Below, piece after piece: positions 22,601-28,712 of a DNA stretch of 64,000 nt. Both the position numbers and the translations under genes were made by a program. Source of the stretch: an uncultured virus (IMG/VR IMGVR_UViG_3300048813_000256) (taxonomy: Duplodnaviria; Heunggongvirae; Uroviricota; Caudoviricetes); IMG/VR virus record IMGVR_UViG_3300048813_000256; one strand, written 5' to 3'. How positions within the stretch are numbered: position 1 is the first letter of the stretch; the number at the start of each line of letters is the position of its first letter. Under the pieces are notes generated by a model. That model worked only from the letters and a program-made list of their open reading frames with translations. It had not been told where the DNA came from and made no database searches.

Positions 22601-23826
22601 AGCGCATGCCCTTTAACGCCGGGCTCGTGTGGATGCACCGCAACTGCGGGCTGCGCGGAATCATCGGCTCGATCGCACACCTACAGGGCCGATGCTCCTG
22701 CTTCGTCCCCGGCTCAACTGCCGGAGATCCCGAAGGCATGACGCTGCGCCAGGCGGCCGATGCCGCGGTGGAAGAATGGAAGCGCCTCGAAAGCTTGCGG
22801 CGCGCGGTGGCCGGTTCGCCCATCGCGAAATGCGGAGGCCACGCATGACCATCACCATCACTCAGGAAAAGCTGGTCGCGCTTTTGGCGCTAGCCGGCTG
22901 CGTGCTGATCGTCTCCAACCATCCGCGCCCGGGCGCGGTCTGCGAACTGGTTGTCGTTGTGATCATCATTTTGGGGTGGCGAACATGAAGCTAGGAGAAT
23001 ACGTTGACGCCCACACCGATCGCGGAGAATGCAAATGCGGCCGCTGCATCGACGTGGGCACGAAGCCCGATCCAATCGGCCACACTGCCGACATGGTTTT
23101 CTTTTTGGTGGCGAAGAAAGACGAACCCAGCGCGGCCGAGTTCGAAGCCTTGACCAAAGCGCATCCGGGCGACTGGCAAGAGTGCGATCCGCTGGACGGC
23201 AAAGAGCATAGCTATCTTGAGCTGGGCGCGTGGCTCGGCGACCAAGGGGTGGCTCTGCGCTACATGGCCCTCGGTTCGCTGCTGGGAGTTTTCGATCTGC
23301 TCACTCCGCGCACCATGCTGCCCGCTCTCGATGAGGATCTGGTCATGGAGATGGCCGGCGCCGGCTACATCACGGTGCAACGCAAGGGCGCACAGAAAAC
23401 GACGGCGGCAGCATGATCCACATTGTGCAATGCCTTTGCCCCGATCGCCACTGCGTTATCGCAGTGGCCTATGACGATGCCGAAACCAGCGGTGAAGAAG
23501 CCCAGCGGCAGCTCCAGGCTTTGCTCAAGAACGCCGTCGACCAACGCGTGCTCAACCCGTGGTGTGGCATTTGCCTCTCGTGGGATCTGTACTACGAAGA
23601 CAGCGTGACCCGCTTTCGCACCATGGAAGAGGCGAAGCCGGCACTCGCGCAATGCCAGACAGACCAGTTTGCCAGCCGCGCCCTGATCGACGAAGCGCAG
23701 CGGGCTCCGCAGAACTGAGGAGAAAACGCGATGTTGCATCCGAACTTGCCGCCACTGCTCTCTCGAATGAAGCACCTGGCCGTCGAGTCTGCGGTTTTCG
23801 ATCAATCGAAGGAAGCGTTCTTCTGA
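16683..23826 (+). other. Run of ~20 small, translationally coupled hypothetical phage ORFs, many with CxxC pairs, surrounding rtcB
   Basis: Successive ATGA/GTGA overlaps on the + strand. Confidence 0.65.
19053..20327 (+). CDS. rtcB: RtcB RNA ligase
   Basis: MPDTH, PAAVGVDIGCGM, LGTLGTGNHFIE, HSGSRG, HCHHNY, RKGA, IIPGSMG, SHGAGR, DETPGAYKDI. Confidence 0.97.
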   Translation: MSNFEIIDAGEGRIIKAWRKGVRFEDKAIDQLKNTARLPFIYKWMAAMPDTHWGMGSTVGTVLPTRNAVVPAAVGVDIGCGMMAVRTQFRREQIADLAEVRAAIEKAVPHGRTNNGAVGDVGGWARTPESVAPAAIAEAWNSEFSAEYGSIIAKHPGAQAKNTLSQLGTLGTGNHFIEICADEQERVWIVLHSGSRGLGNKIGGYFTDVAKDLCKRWFIELPDPDLAFLPRGEAAFDDYLHAVSFAQRFAWRNREIMMENIVAALSPLLGAVGEEFRVHCHHNYVVWESHFGENVLVTRKGAVRARLGDLGIIPGSMGARTYIVRGLGNTDSFQTCSHGAGRAMGRKEAVRQFSLADHIKATEGVECLKDASVLDETPGAYKDIEAVMAAQSDLVEPVYRLKQFVCVKGGDEKIGRKKVESAPA

Positions 23827-23897
23827 TGGGCGGACGCGAATCGGCGGACACGGTGAGGGCGCGGAAGCAGCGGTGGATTAGAGCACTCGACTTTTAA
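23826..23897 (+). CDS. Candidate Arg/Lys-codon leader peptide overlapping tRNA-Lys
   Basis: MGGRESADTVRARKQRWIRALDF with CGC, AGG, CGG, CGG, AGA, AAG; TGATG-coupled to an upstream mini-ORF. Confidence 0.35.
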   Translation: MGGRESADTVRARKQRWIRALDF

Positions 23898-23935
23898 TCG
23901 AGTGGCAGCAGGTTCGATTCCTGTCACCCGCACCA
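23861..23935 (+). tRNA. tRNA-Lys(TTT), degenerate acceptor/D arm
   Basis: ctcga-cttttaa-tcgag, T loop ttcgatt, CCA; two acceptor mismatches. Confidence 0.65.
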
Positions 23936-23940
23936 GGTTG

Positions 23941-24015
23941 GGAGCCTTCATTCAACGGGATAGGATCAGGCCTTCTAAGCCTGAAATGGGTGTTCGAGTC
24001 ATCCAGGCTCTACCA
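23941..24015 (+). tRNA. tRNA-Arg(TCT)
   Basis: caggc-cttctaa-gcctg; cloverleaf with CCA. Confidence 0.88.
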
Positions 24016-24019
24016 AAGT

Positions 24020-24095
24020 GGGAGCGTCGTCCAACGGATCAGGGCACACGGCTACGGACCGTGGAATGCGGGTTCGATTCCTGCCGCTCCTGCCA
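24020..24095 (+). tRNA. tRNA-Arg(ACG)
   Basis: cacgg-ctacgga-ccgtg; CCA. Confidence 0.9.
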
Positions 24096-24108
24096 TTTTT
24101 TGTTTGCA

Positions 24109-24184
24109 GCCCGCGTAGTTCAACTGGAGAGAGCGGTCGCCTCCTAAGCGACAGACCTGAGTTCGAATCTCAGCGCGGGCACCA
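24109..24184 (+). tRNA. tRNA-Arg(CCT)
   Basis: gtcgc-ctcctaa-gcgac; CCA. Confidence 0.92.
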
Positions 24185-24187
24185 TGC

Positions 24188-24263
24188 GGGCGGCTGGTGC
24201 AACGGATGAGCACACGGTTTTCCGAAAGCCGGGATCAGAGTTCGATTCTCTGGCTGCCTGCCA
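24188..24263 (+). tRNA. tRNA-Arg(CCG)
   Basis: cggtt-ttccgaa-agccg; CCA. Confidence 0.85.
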
Positions 24264-24403
24264 TTTTGAGCGGTTCTCCGGGCGTGAGCGAAGCGGGAGC
24301 CCGGACGCGAAATCCTGAGCCGTTCTTTGGCGAAGGATCATTCGCAACCGTGTGAGCATGTTTACATGTTTACATGTTGCTTTTCGATCATGGCCTTTCG
24401 TTC

Positions 24404-24432
24404 TTGACGCGCTGCCTGCGGGACGGTACTCT
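24404..24432 (+). promoter_or_regulatory. Sigma70 promoter for tRNA block 2
   Basis: TTGACG-17 bp-TACTCT; predicted +1 falls on the GTG at 24439. Confidence 0.75.
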
Positions 24433-24438
24433 CGATCT

Positions 24439-24528
24439 GTGAATCTCTTCCAACATAGCGATTGCTTCGGCCACCAGCCGACACCCACTACGCCAGCCGC
24501 GTGGCAGGGGGAAGGCACGTTTATGTGA
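24439..24528 (+). CDS. Leaderless attenuator leader peptide (29 aa)
   Basis: MNLFQHSDCFGHQPTPTTPAAWQGEGTFM*; codons match the downstream tRNAs. Confidence 0.75.
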   Translation: MNLFQHSDCFGHQPTPTTPAAWQGEGTFM

Positions 24529-24587
24529 GGGGATTTCGAGAGCACCAACGCCATCGAAGCCCCTCCAACGAGGGGCTTAAGTTTTTT
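24527..24587 (+). terminator. Attenuator: antiterminator plus intrinsic terminator
   Basis: Terminator aagcccctc-caac-gaggggctt then aagtttttt; alternative pairing of gaggggatttcga (24527-24539) with tcgaagcccctc (24554-24565). Confidence 0.75.
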
Positions 24588-24589
24588 GC

Positions 24590-24663
24590 GGCGCATTCTG
24601 CTAGTGGCAGGCAGCCTGTCTCTCTAACAGGGAACCCGAGTTCGATTCTCGGATGCGCTACCA
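24590..24663 (+). tRNA. tRNA-Glu(CTC)
   Basis: cctgt-ctctcta-acagg; CCA. Confidence 0.88.
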
Positions 24664-24669
24664 GTTTGT

Positions 24670-24743
24670 GGGGTCATCTTCTAGTGGCAGGAAAACTGAC
24701 TTTCGATCAGAGAACCGGAGTTCGATTCTCCGTGGCCCTACCA
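24670..24743 (+). tRNA. tRNA-Glu(TTC)
   Basis: ctga-ctttcga-tcag; CCA. Confidence 0.85.
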
Positions 24744-24756
24744 AGAGAGGTCGGAG

Positions 24757-24936
24757 ATGTTGCAGGCATTCGGGGAAACCGTGAAGCTGACCGACGCTCT
24801 CGAATGCGAGCGTGGCGGGGATCATCGCAAGCTGATCTCGGATGCGAGGGTCGATTACCTGACCCGCGGCATGCTGCCGGATGACAAGTTCGTGCTGTGC
24901 GGCCGCTGCGTGAAGGCGGTGAGTTTGAAAATTTGA
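24757..24936 (+). CDS. 59-aa Cys-containing protein inside the tRNA array
   Basis: GGAG RBS; MLQAFGETVKLTDALECER...LCGRCVKAVSLKI*. Confidence 0.55.
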   Translation: MLQAFGETVKLTDALECERGGDHRKLISDARVDYLTRGMLPDDKFVLCGRCVKAVSLKI

Positions 24937-25011
24937 GGCCGGTTGGCCGAGTGGCTTAGGCGCTGGCCTTTGGATCCAGCTACGGGAGTTCAATTCTCTC
25001 ACCGGCTGCCA
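24937..25011 (+). tRNA. tRNA-Gln(TTG)
   Basis: Loop ctttgga; ggccggt/accggct acceptor; CCA. Confidence 0.82.
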
Positions 25012-25018
25012 ATTTTGT

Positions 25019-25093
25019 TGCGGCTTCGTTTAGTGGGAAAGACCCGGCGCTCTGGACGCCGAGAGCAGAGTTCGAATCTCTGAGCCGTTGCCA
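25019..25093 (+). tRNA. tRNA-Gln(CTG)
   Basis: cggcg-ctctgga-cgccg; CCA. Confidence 0.88.
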
Positions 25094-25114
25094 GTTCTTT
25101 GACAATTGATTTAC

Positions 25115-25192
25115 GGGGATGAGGGCAAAGTGGCCGAGCCGCCTCACTGTCACTGAGGAGTAAAGCGAGTTCGAGTCTCGTCATTCCCGCCA
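25115..25192 (+). tRNA. tRNA-Asp(GTC)
   Basis: cctca-ctgtcac-tgagg; GCCA end. Confidence 0.88.
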
Positions 25193-25193
25193 T

Positions 25194-25270
25194 AGGCCGC
25201 ATGACCCGACTGGAAGGGCGCTAGTCTCCAAAACTAGTTCTAGTGAGTTCGAATCTCACGCGGCCTGCCA
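25194..25270 (+). tRNA. tRNA-Trp(CCA)
   Basis: ctagt-ctccaaa-actag; CCA. Confidence 0.88.
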
Positions 25271-25274
25271 TTTT

Positions 25275-25381
25275 GCGTTCGCTGGAGTCGCAGGGCCGAC
25301 CGGGGAAAGCCCGGAGCAGGAAAGCAGTCTCCCGATCTGCGACGGGGAACGAGGCGTCGAGGACGCCTACAAAGCGAGCGC
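25275..25381 (+). ncRNA. Unidentified multibranch structured RNA
   Basis: Nested stems gcgttcgct/agcgagcgc, gtcgcagg/tctgcgac, ccggg/cccgg, aggcgtc/gacgcct. Confidence 0.5.
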
Positions 25382-25385
25382 GCGA

Positions 25386-25460
25386 GCGGGCGTGGTATAG
25401 CGGCTGGTGCCTTGGGCCTCCAACCCAATGACGCGAGTTCAACTCTCGCCGTCCGCTCCA
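25386..25460 (+). tRNA. tRNA-Gly(TCC)
   Basis: ttggg-cctccaa-cccaa (C33); TCCA end. Confidence 0.85.
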
Positions 25461-25468
25461 AATTTTGT

Positions 25469-25543
25469 GCTGGGATCGTCTAGCGGCCAGGATATTGCGT
25501 TGCCAACGCGATGACACGGGTTCGAGTCCCGTTCCCCGCACCA
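25469..25543 (+). tRNA. tRNA-Gly(GCC)
   Basis: ttgcg-ttgccaa-cgcga; CCA. Confidence 0.87.
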
Positions 25544-25549
25544 GGTTTC

Positions 25550-25623
25550 GGTCGGTTGTCCGAGCGGCCAGGTAGATGCCTGCAAAGCATCTGACGGGGG
25601 TTCAACTCCCTCACCGACCTCCA
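25550..25623 (+). tRNA. tRNA-Cys(GCA)
   Basis: gatgc-ctgcaaa-gcatc; TCCA end. Confidence 0.9.
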
Positions 25624-25624
25624 G

Positions 25625-25699
25625 GCCAGCGTAGCTCAACAGGCAGAGCGCCAGATTCGTACCCTGGTGATCGGCGTTCGATCCGTCGCGCTGGCTCCA
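25625..25699 (+). tRNA. tRNA-Thr(CGT)
   Basis: Loop ttcgtac; gccagcg/cgctggc acceptor; CCA. Confidence 0.87.
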
Positions 25700-25704
25700 T
25701 GTTT

Positions 25705-25780
25705 GCCGGTGAAGCACATGAGGATGTGCGCTCCCTTGGTAAGGGAGAGGCAGTCAGTTCGAATCTGATCGCTGGCTCCA
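25705..25780 (+). tRNA. tRNA-Thr(GGT)
   Basis: ctccc-ttggtaa-gggag; CCA. Confidence 0.88.
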
Positions 25781-25793
25781 GTTTTTTAGAAGT

Positions 25794-25869
25794 GCCGGTG
25801 TAGCTCAAAGGCAGAGCGGTCGATCTGTACTCGACAGGTTGCGGGTTCAACTCCACGCCGCCGGCTCCA
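25794..25869 (+). tRNA. tRNA-Thr(TGT)
   Basis: gtcga-tctgtac-tcgac (C33); CCA. Confidence 0.82.
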
Positions 25870-25883
25870 AGTTTAGTTTTTGA

Positions 25884-25958
25884 GTGGCCCAACCCAAACG
25901 GTGCGGGGCGTGTCTGTGGAACACGTTTTAGAGGGTTCGACTCCCTCGGGTCACCCCA
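25884..25958 (+). tRNA. tRNA-His(GTG)
   Basis: cgtgt-ctgtgga-acacg; C73 then CCA. Confidence 0.87.
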
Positions 25959-25961
25959 AGT

Positions 25962-26036
25962 GGGCGAGTGGTGTAAGTGGGAGCATAGACGGTTTGCACC
26001 CGTCAGGCGCGGCTTCGAGTGCCGCCTTGTCCACCA
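25962..26036 (+). tRNA. tRNA-Ala(TGC)
   Basis: gacgg-tttgcac-ccgtc; G3-U70 pair; ACCA end. Confidence 0.87.
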
Positions 26037-26103
26037 GATCTTGCAAGGGCTATCGCGCTAGCTTGCCGGGAAACGCGCGTGATGTAACCCGGCTCCAAAA
26101 TGT

Positions 26104-26179
26104 GGGAAGCTGGCGTAGCCGGTGCGCGCGCTGGCCTGAAAAGCCAGAGGATTCCGTTCGACTCGGAGGCTTCTCACCA
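26104..26179 (+). tRNA. tRNA-Phe(GAA)
   Basis: ctggc-ctgaaaa-gccag; CCA. Confidence 0.9.
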
Positions 26180-26180
26180 T

Positions 26181-26263
26181 CGGGGTGTCGGCTAGCGGCG
26201 AGGCCACCTGCCTTGGGAGCAGGTACACAAACACCAGAGGTTCGAGTCCTCTCACCCCGACCA
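26181..26263 (+). tRNA. tRNA-Pro(TGG), enlarged variable loop
   Basis: cctgc-cttggga-gcagg; cggggtg/caccccg acceptor; CCA. Confidence 0.87.
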
Positions 26264-26348
26264 TTTTTTGACGATGCGCTAATCGCCTGCGGATTGACCG
26301 GAAAATGAGCGATCTTCGGGCCACGCACTCCCGTGACCGCTTTTGCGA

Positions 26349-26377
26349 TTGACACCGCGGGGCGCTTCCGCTAGGTT
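26349..26377 (+). promoter_or_regulatory. Sigma70 promoter for tRNA block 3
   Basis: TTGACA-17 bp-TAGGTT, +1 near the tRNA-Met 5' end. Confidence 0.7.
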
Positions 26378-26382
26378 TGAGA

Positions 26383-26459
26383 GGCGCGGTAGTAGCGTAG
26401 GACAATACGGGAGGCTCATAACCTCCAGACGGTGCGTGCAAATCCACCCCGCGCAACCA
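26383..26459 (+). tRNA. tRNA-Met(CAT), initiator-like
   Basis: ggagg-ctcataa-cctcc; 1:72 mismatch; atypical T loop; ACCA end. Confidence 0.75.
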
Positions 26460-26468
26460 AAAACTTCG

Positions 26469-26528
26469 ATGTTCGCTCTACACTCATCCCGATTGTCGTT
26501 ACGACTCAGCATCCTGCTGGGTTATTAG
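26469..26528 (+). CDS. Leu/Ser/Tyr-rich leader peptide (19 aa)
   Basis: MFALHSSRLSLRLSILLGY* just before the Leu/Ser/Ser/Tyr/Leu tRNAs. Confidence 0.6.
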   Translation: MFALHSSRLSLRLSILLGY

Positions 26529-26542
26529 TCCCCACACAATTC

Positions 26543-26626
26543 AGGCCCATGGCGGAACGGCAGACGCAGCCGCCTCAAGAGCGGTCGCCTTCGGGCATGA
26601 GAGTTCAAATCTCTCTGGGCCTACCA
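26543..26626 (+). tRNA. tRNA-Leu(CAA)
   Basis: Loop ctcaaga; long variable arm; CCA. Confidence 0.9.
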
Positions 26627-26655
26627 AAGTTTCTTTGATCTTTGACAATTCAAAC

Positions 26656-26743
26656 GGAGAGTTGGGCGAGTGGCTTATGCCGCGATCCTGCTAAGATCGA
26701 GCGCCCAAGGGCGCCGCGAGTTCGAATCTCGCACTCTCCGCCA
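26656..26743 (+). tRNA. tRNA-Ser(GCT)
   Basis: cgatc-ctgctaa-gatcg; long variable arm; GCCA end. Confidence 0.92.
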
Positions 26744-26744
26744 C

Positions 26745-26834
26745 GGAGAAGTGGGCGAGTCCGGCTTATGCCAGCAGTCCCGAAAACTGCCACACCTGCG
26801 GGTGTCGTGAGTTCAAATCTCACCTTCTCCGCCA
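26745..26834 (+). tRNA. tRNA-Ser(CGA)
   Basis: gcagt-cccgaaa-actgc; long variable arm; GCCA end. Confidence 0.9.
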
Positions 26835-26838
26835 TTTT

Positions 26839-26929
26839 GCACAGATGCGTGAGCCCGGCTGAAACGGACCGGCTGTAACCCGGTTTCCCCGAGTGGGACG
26901 CGGAGGTTCAAATCCTTCTCTGTGCACCA
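26839..26929 (+). tRNA. tRNA-Tyr(GTA)
   Basis: accgg-ctgtaac-ccggt; long variable arm; ACCA end. Confidence 0.88.
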
Positions 26930-26931
26930 GT

Positions 26932-27007
26932 GGGCCCATGGTGTAATCGGCAAACACGGCTGCCTTAGGAGCAGCTTTTGAGGGTTCGAATCCTTCTGGG
27001 CCTACCA
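26932..27007 (+). tRNA. tRNA-Leu(TAG), short variable loop
   Basis: gctgc-cttagga-gcagc; variable region only tttt; CCA. Confidence 0.85.
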
Positions 27008-27025
27008 ATTTCTGAGGGGACTGTC

Positions 27026-27427
27026 ATGCACGACATCGACGTAATTGCGCGGCTGCTGGGCAACTTTGACGAAAACGAGTTCGCGCATGGGTGTCGATTC
27101 TGCATCCGCTGCGGGACCAAGAATTTGCAGCGCTCGGCGCGGACGACGAACCGCGAGGGCAAACCGCTGCAAGGGCGCGACTATTGGTGCACGCTGTGCG
27201 GTTTCAGCTTCAACGTGCGGATGAGCGTGGAGTGGGCGTTGGCGCTGGATCTGTTTCGCGACCATCGCCGCAACCGGACGATGCCTCGCTATCAGGAACA
27301 ATACGTCGACCCCGAAGTCATGGCGGCGTGGAAGGAAGAATACGAGAAACCGACCGCAGCGACGACCTGGCCGGCGGCCAGCCGGTGGAGTCTGGGTGAG
27401 AAGCTGAAAGCGGCTCTGTCCGGCTAG
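27026..27427 (+). CDS. Zn-finger protein closing the tRNA array
   Basis: CIRCG and CTLCG pairs; GAGGG RBS. Confidence 0.6.
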   Translation: MHDIDVIARLLGNFDENEFAHGCRFCIRCGTKNLQRSARTTNREGKPLQGRDYWCTLCGFSFNVRMSVEWALALDLFRDHRRNRTMPRYQEQYVDPEVMAAWKEEYEKPTAATTWPAASRWSLGEKLKAALSG

Positions 27428-27569
27428 GCCGCCAACAATATTTTAGATTTCCACCGTTTCCACTGTGATCCACAGGGGATCGCCGACTATAGCATGGCCG
27501 TGCGCCGGTGGATCAGGCGGCCCGATCTGAGCGTTTGAAACCGCATGCGGGCCCGCTTATCCTCAACAA

Positions 27570-28712
27570 ATGCCAGCCGCCGGCTTTGGAAAACCTGTGG
27601 AAGTTTCGGATATCAGCGTTGAGCGCCGGGGGCCGCGCAAGTGTGTTCGCCGCCCCCGCGTGCTCCTCGTGAACGCCAGCCATCCCGCCTACAACCTGGG
27701 ACTCGAGAAAGCCGCCCGCTGGTGGCAGCGCGTGCATGGCGCCGAGATCTTCCGGGCCTCCGACGTCACCCCGCTGTTTGGCTTCGACGCGGTTTGGATC
27801 AGCGCGGTTTTCTCCTGGCACGTCCCGACGCTGATTTCCACGGCGTCGATGGCGCAGGCGTTCGGCCAGCCCGTGGAAGTGGGTGGCCCTGGAACCTTCG
27901 GAGTGCGGCAGGCCATTTTCGAGAAGCTGGGGATCTGGCCGCAGAGCACCCCGGACGTCCGCTTCGAACGCGAGCCCGGAGACTACAAGATGGTTTTCTG
28001 GTCGCGGGGCTGTCCCGCCAAGAACTGCACCCTGGGCTTCCCTCGCGATGGCAAGCCGCCCATCTGCTCGGTGCCGGAAATGGAAGGCTGGCGCTATACG
28101 CTCTACCCCGACGCTTGTCCCGCCCGGCTGATCTCCGACAACAATCTCTCGGCGTTGCCGCGGGCCCATCAAGAGCTGATTGTGGAGCGCACGCTGGCGG
28201 CCGGCTTTCCCACGGTGGATGCAAACAGCGGATTCGAGCCGCGGTCGCTGGCTACGCGCTCCTGGGCGATCGAGCTGTGGCGGCGTCTGCCGCTGGTGGC
28301 GTGGCGCTTTGCCTATGACGAAGCGGGAGAGCGGGACGCGGTGCTGCAGGTTATCGGGTTGCTGGATGAGGCGGGAATCAGCCGCTCCCGGCTGCACATC
28401 TACTGCCTCGCCGGCAACGAGCCTTTGGAACAATGCGAGGCCCGGGTCCACGAAATCAACGAGTGGGGCGCCATTCCCATTGTGCAGGCGCGAACCCCGC
28501 TCGATTACATGGAAGGCCCGCTGCCCTGCCTGCACGATTGGACCAGCGAGAAACTCAAGGCATTCCGGCGCTGGGGCAATCGCTTTGGCAAAGGCATGCC
28601 GTTTTCCGAGTACCGGCACAACTTCGCGGAAAAGCCCTACCGCGGTGAGGATCTGTTCGCAGGCCCGCAGATGGAAGAGGACCTGGTACCGCAACTGAGG
28701 CTGTTCGGATGA
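27570..28712 (+). CDS. Radical SAM-like protein (phage type)
   Basis: YNLGLEK, ISAVFSW, VGGPG, SRGCPAKNC...C.VPEMEG, DNN, RFAYD. Confidence 0.75.
   Translation: MPAAGFGKPVEVSDISVERRGPRKCVRRPRVLLVNASHPAYNLGLEKAARWWQRVHGAEIFRASDVTPLFGFDAVWISAVFSWHVPTLISTASMAQAFGQPVEVGGPGTFGVRQAIFEKLGIWPQSTPDVRFEREPGDYKMVFWSRGCPAKNCTLGFPRDGKPPICSVPEMEGWRYTLYPDACPARLISDNNLSALPRAHQELIVERTLAAGFPTVDANSGFEPRSLATRSWAIELWRRLPLVAWRFAYDEAGERDAVLQVIGLLDEAGISRSRLHIYCLAGNEPLEQCEARVHEINEWGAIPIVQARTPLDYMEGPLPCLHDWTSEKLKAFRRWGNRFGKGMPFSEYRHNFAEKPYRGEDLFAGPQMEEDLVPQLRLFG

Noticed and set aside
24277..24330. c-di-GMP-I riboswitch
   Set aside because: Only a ggacgcgaaa resemblance; P1 and the GNRA-receptor arrangement are not identifiable.
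23861..27007. Suppressor tRNA or stop-codon recoding
   Set aside because: No CTA, TTA or TCA anticodon was found, and genes read normally in the standard code.
23902..27008. ORFs of 60 aa or more called across the tRNA array
   Set aside because: They overlap clear tRNA cloverleafs and lack protein-like features.
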